A stretch of 63,259 bases of DNA, the filler included, from Asterionella formosa (taxonomy: Eukaryota), in NCBI GenBank assembly GCA_002256025.1. It is 7 parts of 7 records of this genome, joined end to end, with 100 filler letters (N's around TTAATTAATTAA, not from the genome) between each part and the next. Parts side by side here need not be neighbours in the genome. Positions count along the whole stretch, not along the records: positions 27,290 to 54,450 come from NKIB01001578.1; 6 more parts are not named here. One strand, given 5' to 3'. Below the pieces are notes generated by a model, which had not been told where the DNA came from, did no database searches, and worked only from the letters and a program-made list of their open reading frames with translations. The position numbers and the translations under genes are program-made. Positions 37,026 to 50,091 of this stretch are shown one piece after another (position 1 is the first letter of the stretch; every line of letters begins with the position of its first letter).

Positions 37026-40000
37026 ATGGCAATATATTCAAGGGTTCCTGTCATTCCTTTTTTCAAAGACTACAATGTATTGACTATCAAGACTAAGACA
37101 TTCAGAGTTGCTTTAACCGGTGGAAGGTTTGAATTTTCTGATCAAGATATGATTGATGGAAGCTCTGTGGAAGCATTGTTAATTGGAGTGAGTCAATTTC
37201 GTGACATGGCTAACCCTACTTTAAAAGATGTTTGACCAACATTGCCTTATCGGATTGGTTGAATGTGGATGTACATCCAGAAGATCAATGCTACGATAGT
37301 TTTGATGAAGCAATGGTTTTATGGTTAGATGATCGTTGTTTACCAAACAAGAGTTTTCAACATCAATGACAATGGATGCTATGCTACTTATCTAAACCCT
37401 TTTCTATGTTGGTAATGGATTTTGGAGCTCGCATTAAAACTTTGAACAGGCTACTTCAACTAATGCCTCATCCAGAAGATCAAAATGGATTGTTAATAGA
37501 AGATATGCGGATTATTATAATCCGTTCTATGCCCAATGAGTGGCAACAAGAGTTTGAATTGAATGATGCTAAAACTTCAGACCAGTCAATTTGCTCGGTT
37601 CTTGCTTACTTCGATAGTTAGCTAACAGTCGTTTAAGGACCAAAACAAACACCTTCCTAAGAACAATTTTCAAACAATCACGCAAAATCGTCTTCGCACA
37701 TCAAGAAAATGAGCGTGTCAGTCGTCAATTCTTCAACGATAATTTTACTCCAAGTGGTCATGGCAGAGCATGTGCTATTGTCAACGCAGCCGGTTGCACA
37801 TGGGATCGTCAAGCGACTGTTCGTCATCGAGCTCTACAAGCCAGTCATACGTACTATGATTATCATGGCCCTTGCCCGGTACATCCTGAAGGTACACATA
37901 CTTGGTGGGGCAATTGTTTTCAGAATCCTCGTACTCAAGGTGGTCAAGCAGGTCGCATGGCTGGTCATCATAATGGATGGCTGTGGCCGTTCCAGTTTCG
38001 GTGGACAAGGACATTTTGGTGGTTGTGGAGATGGCTCACACAGCAATCCTACGGAAAGCCACCATACTGACACTGCTAACTCTGTGCCTGTTCCACTTAC
38101 TTGTATGTTAAATGCATGAGGTCATAATACTCATCCATTCGGTTGGGGTTACTGTGCCACGTGCCAATCCTACCAAAAATACATCTGCCCAGAAAATTTC
38201 AGTGGTCACGAAACCTCCTGCCAGTCACCTAGTGACTTTTGTCCCTATTACACAACAGCAGATTGCTGATCGCCATCTCAGAGGGATGTGCGATAATAGC
38301 GATGCAATTCATAATGACTCATTGATTATATCTCACGTTAGTCATCACCTGAATAATATTGTTTATTTACAGGTTGAATACACTATGAATACTGCTGTTG
38401 CTGTAACGTGGGAAATGTATACTAAATGCATCGATGGACATGACATCCCACACATACCAGGGCCCAATTCCGGTTTCCTGTCGTTTTACTTCTAAGGATA
38501 TATTAATGTTAATTGATTTGATTCCGATATCTCTTTTAGCACCACCCCGATGCATAAAATGCTACAAGCATTATTTGAGAGTGGAGGATCCTTATCCTTA
38601 ACACATGAACGGGTTATGCCTCAAGGTATTTTTATGTCTAACGAGACTTTCCAATTAATACATACCATAGCTGGTACTTATTCATCTCATGCCAGTGTTA
38701 TTTTATATGACCTGATACTACCTGAATTTAATCGATCTGCTCGTGTTTTACAGCAAAAATGTCAAGTTTTGAATGATGTATGCACATTTGATGCTATTTT
38801 AGGACGTGATTTCCTTTGTCAGGTTGGTTTAACCATTGATTTCGTAAATAACACCATGTCCTGTATGGACATGATTGTTCCTATGCATTCTCTCACATTC
38901 GTTGATGATGGAGAACGTTTACGTGATGTGGTATTATTGTATTTTGATGCACCTATGATCATTTGACAACAATGCAACAATAATTTTTACGAACTATATT
39001 GGTTAAATATCATACATTATTCGATGGAAAATTAAAAGTTTATCCTCATAAACAGGTACATTTGGAATTATTATCAAATGCCGTCCCTCGTCATCAACGA
39101 GCATATCCAGTCGCTCATATTCATTTAGAAGTTTTCAAAACCGAATTACAACGGTTGTGTGATATTGGAGTCCTACAAAAATGTGGTGCTTCTAAATGGG
39201 CATCTCCCACTTTTATTATTCCTAAAAAGGATGGAAGTGTTCGATGGGTGTCAGACTTTCGTGAACTCAATAAATTCATCAATCGCAATATATAACCTTT
39301 ACCTCAAATACAAACTATTCTCACTAAACGTGCTGGATATGTATTCTTCACCAAATTGGATGTGTCTAGCTATGCAATATTATACCTTCGCCTTAGATGT
39401 GGAGAGTCAAAATTTGTGTTTTATTTCCACTCCATTTGGTTTATTTAAATATTTATGTCTCCCTATGGGGTTGAAAAAATCATCCGACATTGCACAAGAA
39501 ACTTCGGAACAAGTTCTTAGTGATTTAGATGATGTGGAAGTTTATTTTGATGATGTGGGTTGTTTTGCAATGAATTTTACGGATCACCTTCATTTATTGG
39601 ACACTATTTTACATCGTTTACACGCAAATGGTTTTACAATTAATTCATCTAAGACGAGTGAATGGGCAGTCCAAGAGACAGATTGGTTAGGCTATTGGTT
39701 AACTCCTAATGGACTGAAACCTTGGTCTAAAAAGGTCCAAGCATTGATTAATATGTCTTCACCTACCAATCTTAAGCAAGTCAGATCGTTTCTCAGTGCT
39801 GTTACTTAACTATCGAGACACGTTTCCTTGACGATCTCATGTTCTTGGACCACTTACGGATTTAATTGGAACTGTTCCATTTGTCTGGTTACCTATATAT
39901 CAACAAGCCTTTGAAGAAATGAAAGCATTGTTAGTTTCAGATACACTCACGCGTTATCCTGATCATAATCTTCCTTTTCATATCTTTACTGATGCCTCGT

Positions 40001-41425
40001 CTGATTATCAATTAGGGTCGGTCATTATGCAAAATGATCTGCCTCCCAGTTGCTTATTATTCTCGAAAATTATCTGCTGCTCAAAAGAATTACTTTCTGT
40101 GGTAGAATCTTTCAAAGAATTGCGCTCTATGTTATTGAGCGCAGTTCTACATGTTCACACTGATCATCGAAATATTATTTATAATACATTACATACACAA
40201 CGTGTTCTACGATGGAGACTTTACATTGAAGAATACCATCCTACTTTTCATCATGTGAAAGGGACTGACAATGCTATTGCAGATTCCATCTCTCGCCTCC
40301 CGAGGCTTGAGTCTTTGGTGGAGGATGATATTGATATTGGACCGAAATCTCCAACATCAACTTCCACTTCTACTTTTTCAATTGAATTAGATGATGAACC
40401 TTTGCTTACATGTTTCCTTAATCATCCCATCTTGACAGACAATATTCAATATCCTCTGGATTATAATTTAATACATGATAGACAATTGCTGGATATACAA
40501 TTGATTCTCAATCAACAAACACATCCATTAAAATTTCCTTCTATCAATTTTCATGATATATATTTAATATGTTTTGTGAAGAATCCAGGAGATACTTGGC
40601 GTATTGCTATTCCTAAGTCATTATTGGATCCTATTATTAATTGGTATCATCAGATGTTAGCTCATGTGGGTATGACAAGATTAAATGCTACAATTGCTAC
40701 ACATTTTTATCATCCTACATTAAAAGCAAGAGTGGAACATATTGTAAGAGTATGTGAAGCATGTCAACGTAAAAATTTACCTGGTACTGGTTTTGGTGAA
40801 CTTCCGCACAGGAATGCATTATTATTACCATGGTCAGAAGTCGCAGTAGATCTAATTGGTCCATGGAAGATAAAAGTGGCTGCTCAAACAATTGAATTTC
40901 GTGCTCTAACTTGTATTGACACAGTCACCAATTTAGCAGAAATTTCACGTATCACCAATAAAACATCAGAATATATTGCAATGAAATTTGAAAATGATTG
41001 GTTAGCCAGATATCCCCGTCCAGAACATTGTATGCATGACAATGGAGGTGAATTTCGCTCTATGATATTGGGTGCAGTTCTTCATATTCACACTGATCAT
41101 CGAAATCTTATTTATAATACTTTACACACACAACTTGTTCTACGGTTGAGGCTTTATATTGAAGAATATCATCCTACTTTTCACTGAGTGAAAGGGACTG
41201 ACAATGATATTGCAGATTCCATCTCTCGCCTCCTGAGGCTTGAGTATTTGGTGGGGGATGATATTGGACCTAAATCTCCAGAATCAACAGCCACTCTATT
41301 TTTTCAATTGAATTAGATGATGAACCTTTGCTTACCTGTTTTATCAATAATCCAATCTTGGCAGAAAATATTCAATATCCTCTGGATTATAATTTAATAC
41401 ATGATAGACAATTGCTGGAAATACA
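37026..41425 (+). mobile_element. Decayed Ty3/Gypsy retrotransposon (gag, protease, RT, RNase H, truncated integrase)
   Basis: Protease ALFESGGS..ILGRDFL; RT WASPTFIIPKKDGSVRWVSDFRELNK and YFDDV; RNase H FTDAS..HTDHRN..NAIADSISRL; integrase HQMLAH..CEACQ, VAVDLIGPW, HDNGGEF. Order PR-RT-RH-INT; many frameshifts; no LTRs identified. Confidence 0.93.
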
Positions 41426-43164
41426 GGGACTCCAGAGGATCCCCAACTTGGCTGCCATCTCGACAGGAAGTAGGTTCCGCCCCCAGTGGGGGCCCAACCA
41501 GCAGCCACAAACCTCACCTCCCAAATCACCGGCATCGGCCCGCCCTGCATCTCGTGACGCAACAACTCCCATACCCGCTCCGCATCATGCTGCACATGGG
41601 CCAGCACATCCTCCAACTCAACCAACAAATCATCATCCCCATCACCATGCGGCATGCCCATGGGCTCATCACACTTGAGGACGTCACCAACAACCAGCAC
41701 TTACATTGATCGTTCCATTCATCGTATTTTAATTGTTTATGATACACAGAAATATATACTCATGTATCATATTGTGAGCGCAGTGCACTGCCACAATACC
41801 TGCGCGATTCCAACCGCACGCCTTACCGACTCAACAGTCGCATCAGCAATACAATTGCACGCCCCTTGATTGGCATATGCAACCCATGACACACCTATGG
41901 TCATTACCAAGGTTCCGAGGCTCCCCTGACATCTACAATGCCGATTATTGGTACAGCCACAAAAAATTAGGTTCAGAATGAGTGTCTTGATAGAGTATTG
42001 GTATATATTACGTAATAAAATGTTGGCAAGGACATTTTTGCTCATTTCCTAATACAATGTACAAGACTCCTGTAAAATGAACATACACAAATACTGGTGC
42101 GATCTTCAGTGTTATACGAGACTAACATGAGGACCTCTAATTCTACCACCCTTCAACTGCCAGTACTAGATACATAAGGACAAAAAGTATGGCTGGATTC
42201 ATGCTCAGGGTAACCCAGGTAGCCCTTGTAAGCGCTAGTAAAGAATTATTTAGCTGAAATCATGCGAATCTTTTGTACATACAAAATCCTAGTACAGTGT
42301 AGTTGTTGTGATTGGCTGCAGCATCCTGTATCATGTCATCTCAGCCATGACCATGACGAAAATAGCAGAAATCTCTATGAAAATTGAGAACGACGCTTTC
42401 CAATTTGATACATATATCAAACACAAAATAGACAATAAAATTGTAAAAGAATAATTGTAATCCCACAAATATTGACAACGAAAATTGAACTCGCTGATAG
42501 CACCTATTTAAATGTAAATTAGAAATGCACAATTGAAGATGACAGTGTTTCTAAGCGATTTGACACTTTCATGGTAGCTGAACTATGCATAACACTAATA
42601 AGATTATAACAATAGCATGATTAGTTGAAGCAAAAGATGTGAATCAAATGAGAATCGATTGATTGATGGTTCCAGAGATTTGTGTAGTCATGGATGCAGG
42701 TATCAGTGCTGACAAATGTGTTACTGGCATTCTTTGGGAGTTGATACCAAACAAAGTGTGAAAGCAGAAAAACTAATTGAATCGATAAAACCAGCATAAT
42801 ATGGCCACGAAGAAGCAGCATAATTTCGCCATTATACTGTAGCAACGGCTAGTTGGTAAGAAAACTTTGTTGAAAACTCACATAACTTTTTGTTTGATCA
42901 CGCAATTATTTGATAAGTGAAGAAAATTTTGTTTAAGAACACATAAATTTTGGTTTGACCTACATCAATTCCCAAAAAATAGCATAAGTTTTAAGAAAAG
43001 TAGCATAAATATGTCACTTTAGACATGAATTTGAAAAAGTGCCATAAACGGTGGTGTCTTAGATGGAGCTACGTCATCCTGTACTATGTCAGGGACCATA
43101 CACACTGTATACAGCACTATGCCCCGGGCATCGACTCCCCCTATACATGACTCCCACCCCCAGT

Positions 43165-43412
43165 TGTCCCAATTTCGGAAACTTCAGGAAATTTTATGCA
43201 TTTCCTGAAATGTCTGGACATTTCCTTACATTACATACGATTCCTGAAATTCATAGCCATATGCTGTGTGTTCTCTTGTTTTTGCCACTAGAAGAACTAC
43301 GCTATTGATTTCTCTGATATCATGCTATAAATAGAAGACGTTCTTAATATAACATGATATAAATTGCTGTCCGGGGACATATTGTCCGTTTCAGGAAAAT
43401 GACCGCAACTTG
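43165..43412. mobile_element. MITE-like repeat of about 250 bp, inverted homolog of about 60998-61215
   Basis: Reverse complement shares GTCATTTTCCTGAAACGGACAA, AAGAAC.TCTTCTATT.ATAGCA and CAGCATATG.CTATGA..TTCAGGAA with 60998-61215; ends ACCGCAACTTG like the 87-bp element. Confidence 0.7.
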
Positions 43413-43617
43413 CGGTCTGTACCTTCCAGTGCTAATGGCTGATGTGTAGTAGGTATGCCATAATTTGACCAGCTCGACCACTTCTAATGGTCGAACAAGT
43501 CGACTAATCTTTACCTCTTACTTGTTGCTCCTCCTTTTCATTTTGTTTGTCAACCTTATGTAAATCTCGTCAACTTTTGCTTATCGTCTGAGCCTTGAAT
43601 ACATTATACGAATCATC

Positions 43618-44253
43618 ATGGCTCCTTCTCAATCCGTTCAAGTGTTTGGAAAGTGAGTTGTTTCAGCTCGTCTTCGGCCGTTCGGAAGTAGGGATATGAA
43701 GTGGCGGATTTAATATGTTGAATGTGATAGTTGTCGGAAGTGGAATTGGCCCTGTTGCAGTCAACTGTGTGTTCGATGTTTTGTAGTTATCGAACATCCT
43801 ATGACCATTCCTGAAAACAATTCTAATTCCTCGTCTCTCATTTAACACTCCAACAGGAAAAAGACCGCCACTGCCGTTGCTTTTGCCAAACAGGGCCGCG
43901 GTTTGATCAAGATCAATGGGCAACCCCTAGAACTTGTTCAGCCTGAACAGCTCCGTCTCAAGGTCTATGAACCCGTCTTGATTTTGGGACAGGAAAAATT
44001 TAACATTCTTGATATTCGCATCAGAGTGAAAGGCGGTGGAGTCACCGCTCAGATTTACGCAATTCGTGCTGCCATCGCAAAGGCGATCGTTGCTTACCAT
44101 GCAAAGTATGTCGACGAATCTTCCAAGAATGAGCTTCGTAAAACCTTGATCGCTTACGACCGCAACCTTTTGGTCAGCGATCCACGTAGATGCGAGCCAA
44201 AGAAGTACGGAGGACGAAGCGCCCGTTCCCGATTCCAAAAGTCGTACCGTTAA
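43618..44253 (+). CDS. RPS16: 40S ribosomal protein S16 (uS9); exons 43618-43652 and 43857-44253
   Basis: Spliced product [73 protein letters not shown] intron 43653-43856. Confidence 0.98.
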
Positions 44254-44661
44254 ACAATAGTGGTACAGTTGAAAACAAGGCTTTACCTTCTCTCTTGCGA
44301 TATATTTTTATGTAAACAGTGATTAAAAAAGTCAGCTAGATGCCACTCTGGAATACATTAGCATCGTCTTCGTTGTCTTCACGCGTTCAGTTGTTTGTTA
44401 AGTTTCTCCTCCATGTAGAACATCGAAATTTCAATTTGGACTACGGCGATAAGTTTTCTAGAGCTTCAAATCCAACGGCAAAGGATGCGAGTACCCCACG
44501 TATTTTAATAAAAAGCCTAGAAGTATAGTTATATTACTGTAGCGCTGCAATATGCTTCTGCGTATAGTAGCCTGTTGACAAATAGATTGTGACCCGAAAG
44601 AGCAAGGCTTAGGCGTTGTTTCCAAATGAGTAACAAACGGAAGAGCAAACGACATGGTTGC

Positions 44662-46015
44662 TTAAAAGTCAGCATCAAAGTCCAGAGACTTATTCCCTTG
44701 TTCTTTCAGTGATTCCATGACGCCACTTTTTTGATATTCTGCGACTCGCTTCTCAAAGAAATTTGTCTTTCCTTCCAAGCTAATCATATCCATCCCTGGG
44801 TAAAGTGTAAATGAGACGAAGATGATTAGTGCACGAAAGGGTGTATATTTCAGCATTCAATCAACAGAGAAGAAAAAGTTCAAAAAATGACTTACAATCA
44901 AATGGATTTTTGGACCCAAACAATGGATGATATCCCAAATCACGTAACAGTCGGTCTGCAACAAATTCAATGTACTGCGCCATTAGTGAAGCATTCATGC
45001 CAATCAAACTGACCGGTAACGCATCACAAATGAAACCCTTTTCAACTTGAACAGCTTCGCCGATGATTCTATGAATATCCCTTTCTGACAACTTTCGTTC
45101 TAATTTTGAATACAACTGACAAGCAAAGGAACAATGCAGGCCCTCGTCTCTACTTATGAGTTCATTGGAAAATGTGAGTCCAGGCATGAGGCCACGTTTC
45201 TTGAGCCAAAAGATAGCGCAGAAGGCACCTGAAAAGAAAATCCCTTCCACGGCGGCAAATGCCACCAGGCGTTCGGCAAAAGACGCAGTGGACCCAATGT
45301 ACCGTTGAGCCCATGTCGCTTTGCACTTAACACTAGGCACAGTATGATGCGCAGAAAACAAGAAGTCTCGCTCCTTGACATCACTTATGTAAGTGTCAAT
45401 CAATAAACAATAAGTCTCTTGATGGATGCTCTCCATTGCCATTTGAAAGCCATAAAAGCAACGTGCTTCCGGTACCGTTACTTCCCGACAAAAGCGCTCG
45501 GCTAAATTTTCTACCACAATCCCGTCAGCACCAGCAAAAAAGGCCAGCACCATTGAGATGAAGTGTCGTTCATTGTCATTTAAGCGTTCGTGCCAGTCCG
45601 TGAGATCTGCTGATAAGTCAATCTCATCAGCCGTCCAAAACGACGCCACGTGTTGTTTGTACATGTTCCAAATGTCTGGATGTTCGATCGGGAAGAGAGA
45701 AAAACGAGAACCATTTTCGTCCGCTTTACATATGGGTTCGATGAACGAGTCATCCTTGTTCGGTGCCGTCGTCACCTGTTGCGTTTGGTTTTCTGGTTTG
45801 GATACCGATGTACTTCCACCTCGTGGCAGTAAACCAAAATTGTGTGTTGATCCCAATGGAAGATCGGGCAATGCACCTCCTCTAATTCTGCTCAGCGCCG
45901 GACGTCCAAACAGTCGCTGATGACTCCCAGGTATTGGTTTCGCGATGATGGAGTGAAAGATCATGAACGCCATTAAGGCTACCAGTGCTCGGCGCGTTGT
46001 GCAGAACCACGACAT
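44662..46015 (-). CDS. RNR2: Ribonucleotide reductase class Ia small subunit (R2) with N-terminal presequence; exons 46015-44896 and 44795-44662
   Basis: [69 protein letters not shown] and C-terminal FDADF; GT-AG intron 44895-44796. Confidence 0.96.
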
Positions 46016-48945
46016 AGTTGAAGAGCGAAAATATTTGGAATCGAAAGCAGCAAGACTGGTGGTGGCAATCAATCCAGTCCTATATTCTGCAGTTGTCTCT
46101 GGACCTTAACGTTGGTTCAAGATCGATTTGAAAGAATGGCTGCGGTGGCAGCTTGTCAGGGTGTCAGTTCTTCGAGGTATGATAAGGGAAGGAAACTGTT
46201 AACATCCAGACATCGGCTTCATATTATATGCGGAAGAGGATTAGCTAGACTTTACCACTATTCCTTCGCTACCACTTTTATTGGTTTCCCTTGGCGATTT
46301 TAATAAACTGGGCAGAACCTAAGCATCCTCACCATTCACAGGCACCACTCATCCTGATGTGGCTTGCTGCTTGGATGGCTGGAGGACGTTGAGAGAAGCC
46401 ACGTGTCGTGAAGGTGATGAGCGCAAGCATTGAGGAAGAACCGCCACAGACAAGAATACAGAACTGCCAGTATGATCGTCACAACTTCTTATTCATGTAA
46501 CCGTGAATTTTAGGTCAACCCGACAACTAAAGACTGGTTTGTGCGCGCAAAATGAACACACGAGAATGACTTCAGCGGGTGGACCATACCCATCCATACA
46601 TAATATAAAAAGAACTGATACTACGTTGCAGGGGGACAAAATGTATTGTCACCGTGCATGATGCACACAATCAATTACGACTCACCATCACTTCATTTCA
46701 ACCTCAACCAAATGATAGAATGTTGATGAAACGATTCATGAATGCTAAGTAGCTAGCTATTAGCAGTGTCAGTACAACTTCTTCTGTTGAAAAATTGTTG
46801 ACGACATTCAACAATGGCATGATTCTTTGGTTGGCTGCTTGAACCACCAAATTAATTCCCTTGTTCATTTCAATAACTCCTAGTAGCAATTCATTAGCAT
46901 CATAATTTCAAAATCAGAGTTTCGATGTTAACATTGAAGTCTTTGTTAGTAGATTTATCCATACTGCTGCCTGCTAGTTTGAACAATCTTGCACATTGTG
47001 AGTTTAGCTTCATGCACTCCTTGCATCGCTGATGAAGCCTCACTGATAGGCTTATGGAGCGAGTTCAATCATTTCTTAAATCTGTCAAAGAATCATGTTA
47101 ATTGTGTGATTTTTTAACTACCCAACCTGCTTTATCAGCTTGCAACAAATGGTGGACCCTCAGTGACAAATTTGCATGACATGTTGATAGAGAATCCAGA
47201 AAGCTTGATTCAATTCAACAATCAAAAATGCGCCTGAGTTTTAAACCATGAAGTCGATAATTATTTGATGAACAAATTCGAAGGGTTTTTCTAGCAATAA
47301 GAACAAGGTGGTTAATTGATGATAGCTGGCAATCAATTGGGCTTGAATTGGCGATGAAAACGAAGAAGTATGACTCTATACTAGCTAGGCATGACTGCTG
47401 GTAAACAGAATAATCCAGACGACTGCATAATCAAACACACATTTTCAAAAATATCTAGTCTTTAACATTCTATTTCAAAAAAACATCCACACATGCAACG
47501 AGCTGTTTGAATAGTCGTGGTTGCATTTCCAACATGCAACTATCACAACATACTACAACCCAAAGTTCACTTACAATTTTGCTGCATACTAGCTAGTATT
47601 TCAGAGATTGACGAGACAGCATGGAATTCGGTTGTTGATTGCTGTGATAAGCGATCGTCGCTTCATACAAATGAACACAACCGTAGCTAGCAATGACAAA
47701 GGTGAGCTGTGGCAAACTGTAGACCGCTCATATGGTTTCGCAATATTTAATGACAAGGACAACGAAAAGTTCATGCTGACAAGATTCTACAACACACCGG
47801 TATGTACTGACATATATGTATGCGCATCCATCAGGTAACACCTAAAAACTGAGAGTCAACGTTTCATAACTCCTTCTTTCGACTAAAATTATCGAATTTT
47901 CTTACATGATAAAATTCGAACCAAGTACAAACTTTATTGTAGTCGATAGAACGGGGATAGCTATCATTTAATCAGTTCTAAAGTAAAACATACATTTATG
48001 GAGATTTAAGACATTTATTCTTACCCATTATGACTCATAACATTGCATATTTTTAATCTATACATGAAGATTTTTTACCCCCAAACCGTTTTTTTAAACT
48101 CGATTGTTTACCACAAAAACTATTTTCTATTACTTTTGTTGATCCTATAATTAGCTGTACTAGCTACTGGCGCCAGGTACCAGGGTTTTAAGTGCCGATC
48201 ATAACATTCATACCAGGTACTGGTAATATAGTCGTCAAGTATTCATTCGGACCTTACATAGTGATCACTTCAAGTTCTCAGGTGTGTGGCGGTCCTCCTC
48301 TTCTTTCAATTCATTTCACGGGCGGGTGATTTTTGTGATTTCATGACAAATCCTCGTATGTAGTGTTTCAGTTACCTGGTAGTCACGCCGAGAGGTTGCA
48401 GCTGATGTTCTCCATTAGGTAGAGGAGAATGCAAAATGACAAGGTTATATATTTTACCGTAGCAAAAAATTCTATTCGGACACTAAATGAATCTACCGAC
48501 AGATATACATATATATAAAAGGTGATGGCAGCTGAATGGAGTAAAAATTAATTTAGCTTTTTTATTCCATTTCTCGTCGACAGCAACCTTTGGGACCAAA
48601 TACAGAAAAAACGCTAGTAGCTAGTCTAATTGACGAGTTTAAAGCAAGATCATTATTGGTTAGTATATAAATCGCTACGGGTGGGAATTGCTAGAATATG
48701 AGTCCTAATGCTACCTGGTACCTTTTTAAGTAGAATAAAGCCCCCCATCTCAACTATTTTGGGAGATACCCACAATATTTAAACTTTCAACAACTCCCGC
48801 CATGAATTTAGTATTTCTCGTGAGGACGAGACTTACTCAATTGAACATGAAAACATGTTACATAACCTTTCCGAAAAAGATTTTGATCCATGTTCCACAA
48901 GTCTTTGTAGATTTGCGTATATACACACCCACACAACTGCCATGG

Positions 48946-50091
48946 TCATGATAACTGAATATCTTTGTCAGTATTCTCCAAATCAACTTTGCCAATCGAT
49001 TTTGTGTCTTCCTTTGAGTCTTCTCCTGTACTTTCCTGAGTGTACTGATCATCGTTTTTATCGTCTCCTTTCGCTTCCTCCAATGGTTCTTCCCCAAATT
49101 TGACCTTTTTTGTGACAATTGAGTCGATATCCTCATCATCGTTGATTGCCGTTCGCTTCCTCGTCAATATCGATTTGTATGGACTCTTGGGAGTATCGAC
49201 GCTCTCGGCAATTGGTTCTCGTTTCGTCTTAATTGCCTTTTGGTTCCAATCTGCATCTGCAATATCTGGAACTTGCACTCCCATCTTTTCGGCTACAGCC
49301 GACCGAAGATCCAAAAGTTCTTGCGTGTTGGGGCCACGACCTTGTCGTTCATGAAATCGTCGAAGAACTTGACGCATAATAAGATTCATCATGGCAGTTC
49401 TATTTTCTTCGTCCTCTTCTTCGTCGCCGCCATCCCATTCTTTGTCTCCTTCTTCACCAGAGTCTTCCGACTCCTCAGAACCCGAATCTTCGTCTGGATG
49501 CTCCTCCTCCTCGTCCTCATCTTCGTCCAGTCCCTCTTCGTGTTCCTCTCCTGCGTTGTCTTGCGGATCCGGAGCTACAACATCAGTTCGTTCAGCAAAG
49601 GCAATATAGTCTGCTTTTGTGTAATCCAAAAAAAATTCATCAGGTTTTGGTGGACTGCCAACCGTTTCCTCCTCTTCATTTTCATCGTCATCAAAATGTT
49701 CTTCTTTTGTTGTCACCTTCATAACTAGAATATCACCCCTCACATCTGCGTCATCGAATGGAGGTTGGAGCACATGTGGATTGACAGGAAGTGAACATTC
49801 CTCCACATCTCCCATACTACGAATCATCAAGACAATCCCTTCGTCTTCGTATTGTCCCAAAAAGGTGAATTTCCCTCCAAGGATTTGATGTACCATATTC
49901 ATTTTAGGCGTCGTGTCAATATCGATTTCGTCTACCAAGTGAGCAAGAACAGTACGTTTGTTATCCGTCGGCTTGGAAGGAGACTTGGGCAAATTATCAA
50001 CACTATCGGCCTTAAGCAAGACGCACTTGACAATGGGACCTTCGGACTGTAGCATGTTTCCAATGTCAATGCCTGCGAGAAGATCGGCCAT
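48946..50091 (-). CDS. Acidic protein of unknown function (possibly DUF5880-like N-terminal domain, D/E-rich tract, basic NLS-like motifs)
   Basis: 381-aa ORF. Globular N-terminal half (FTFLGQYEDEGIVLM..NPHVLQPPFDDADVRGDILVMK..FFLDYTKADY), long acidic tract, RKR and KKVKF motifs. The family label is from memory only. Confidence 0.7.
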   Translation of the reverse strand: MADLLAGIDIGNMLQSEGPIVKCVLLKADSVDNLPKSPSKPTDNKRTVLAHLVDEIDIDTTPKMNMVHQILGGKFTFLGQYEDEGIVLMIRSMGDVEECSLPVNPHVLQPPFDDADVRGDILVMKVTTKEEHFDDDENEEEETVGSPPKPDEFFLDYTKADYIAFAERTDVVAPDPQDNAGEEHEEGLDEDEDEEEEHPDEDSGSEESEDSGEEGDKEWDGGDEEEDEENRTAMMNLIMRQVLRRFHERQGRGPNTQELLDLRSAVAEKMGVQVPDIADADWNQKAIKTKREPIAESVDTPKSPYKSILTRKRTAINDDEDIDSIVTKKVKFGEEPLEEAKGDDKNDDQYTQESTGEDSKEDTKSIGKVDLENTDKDIQLS

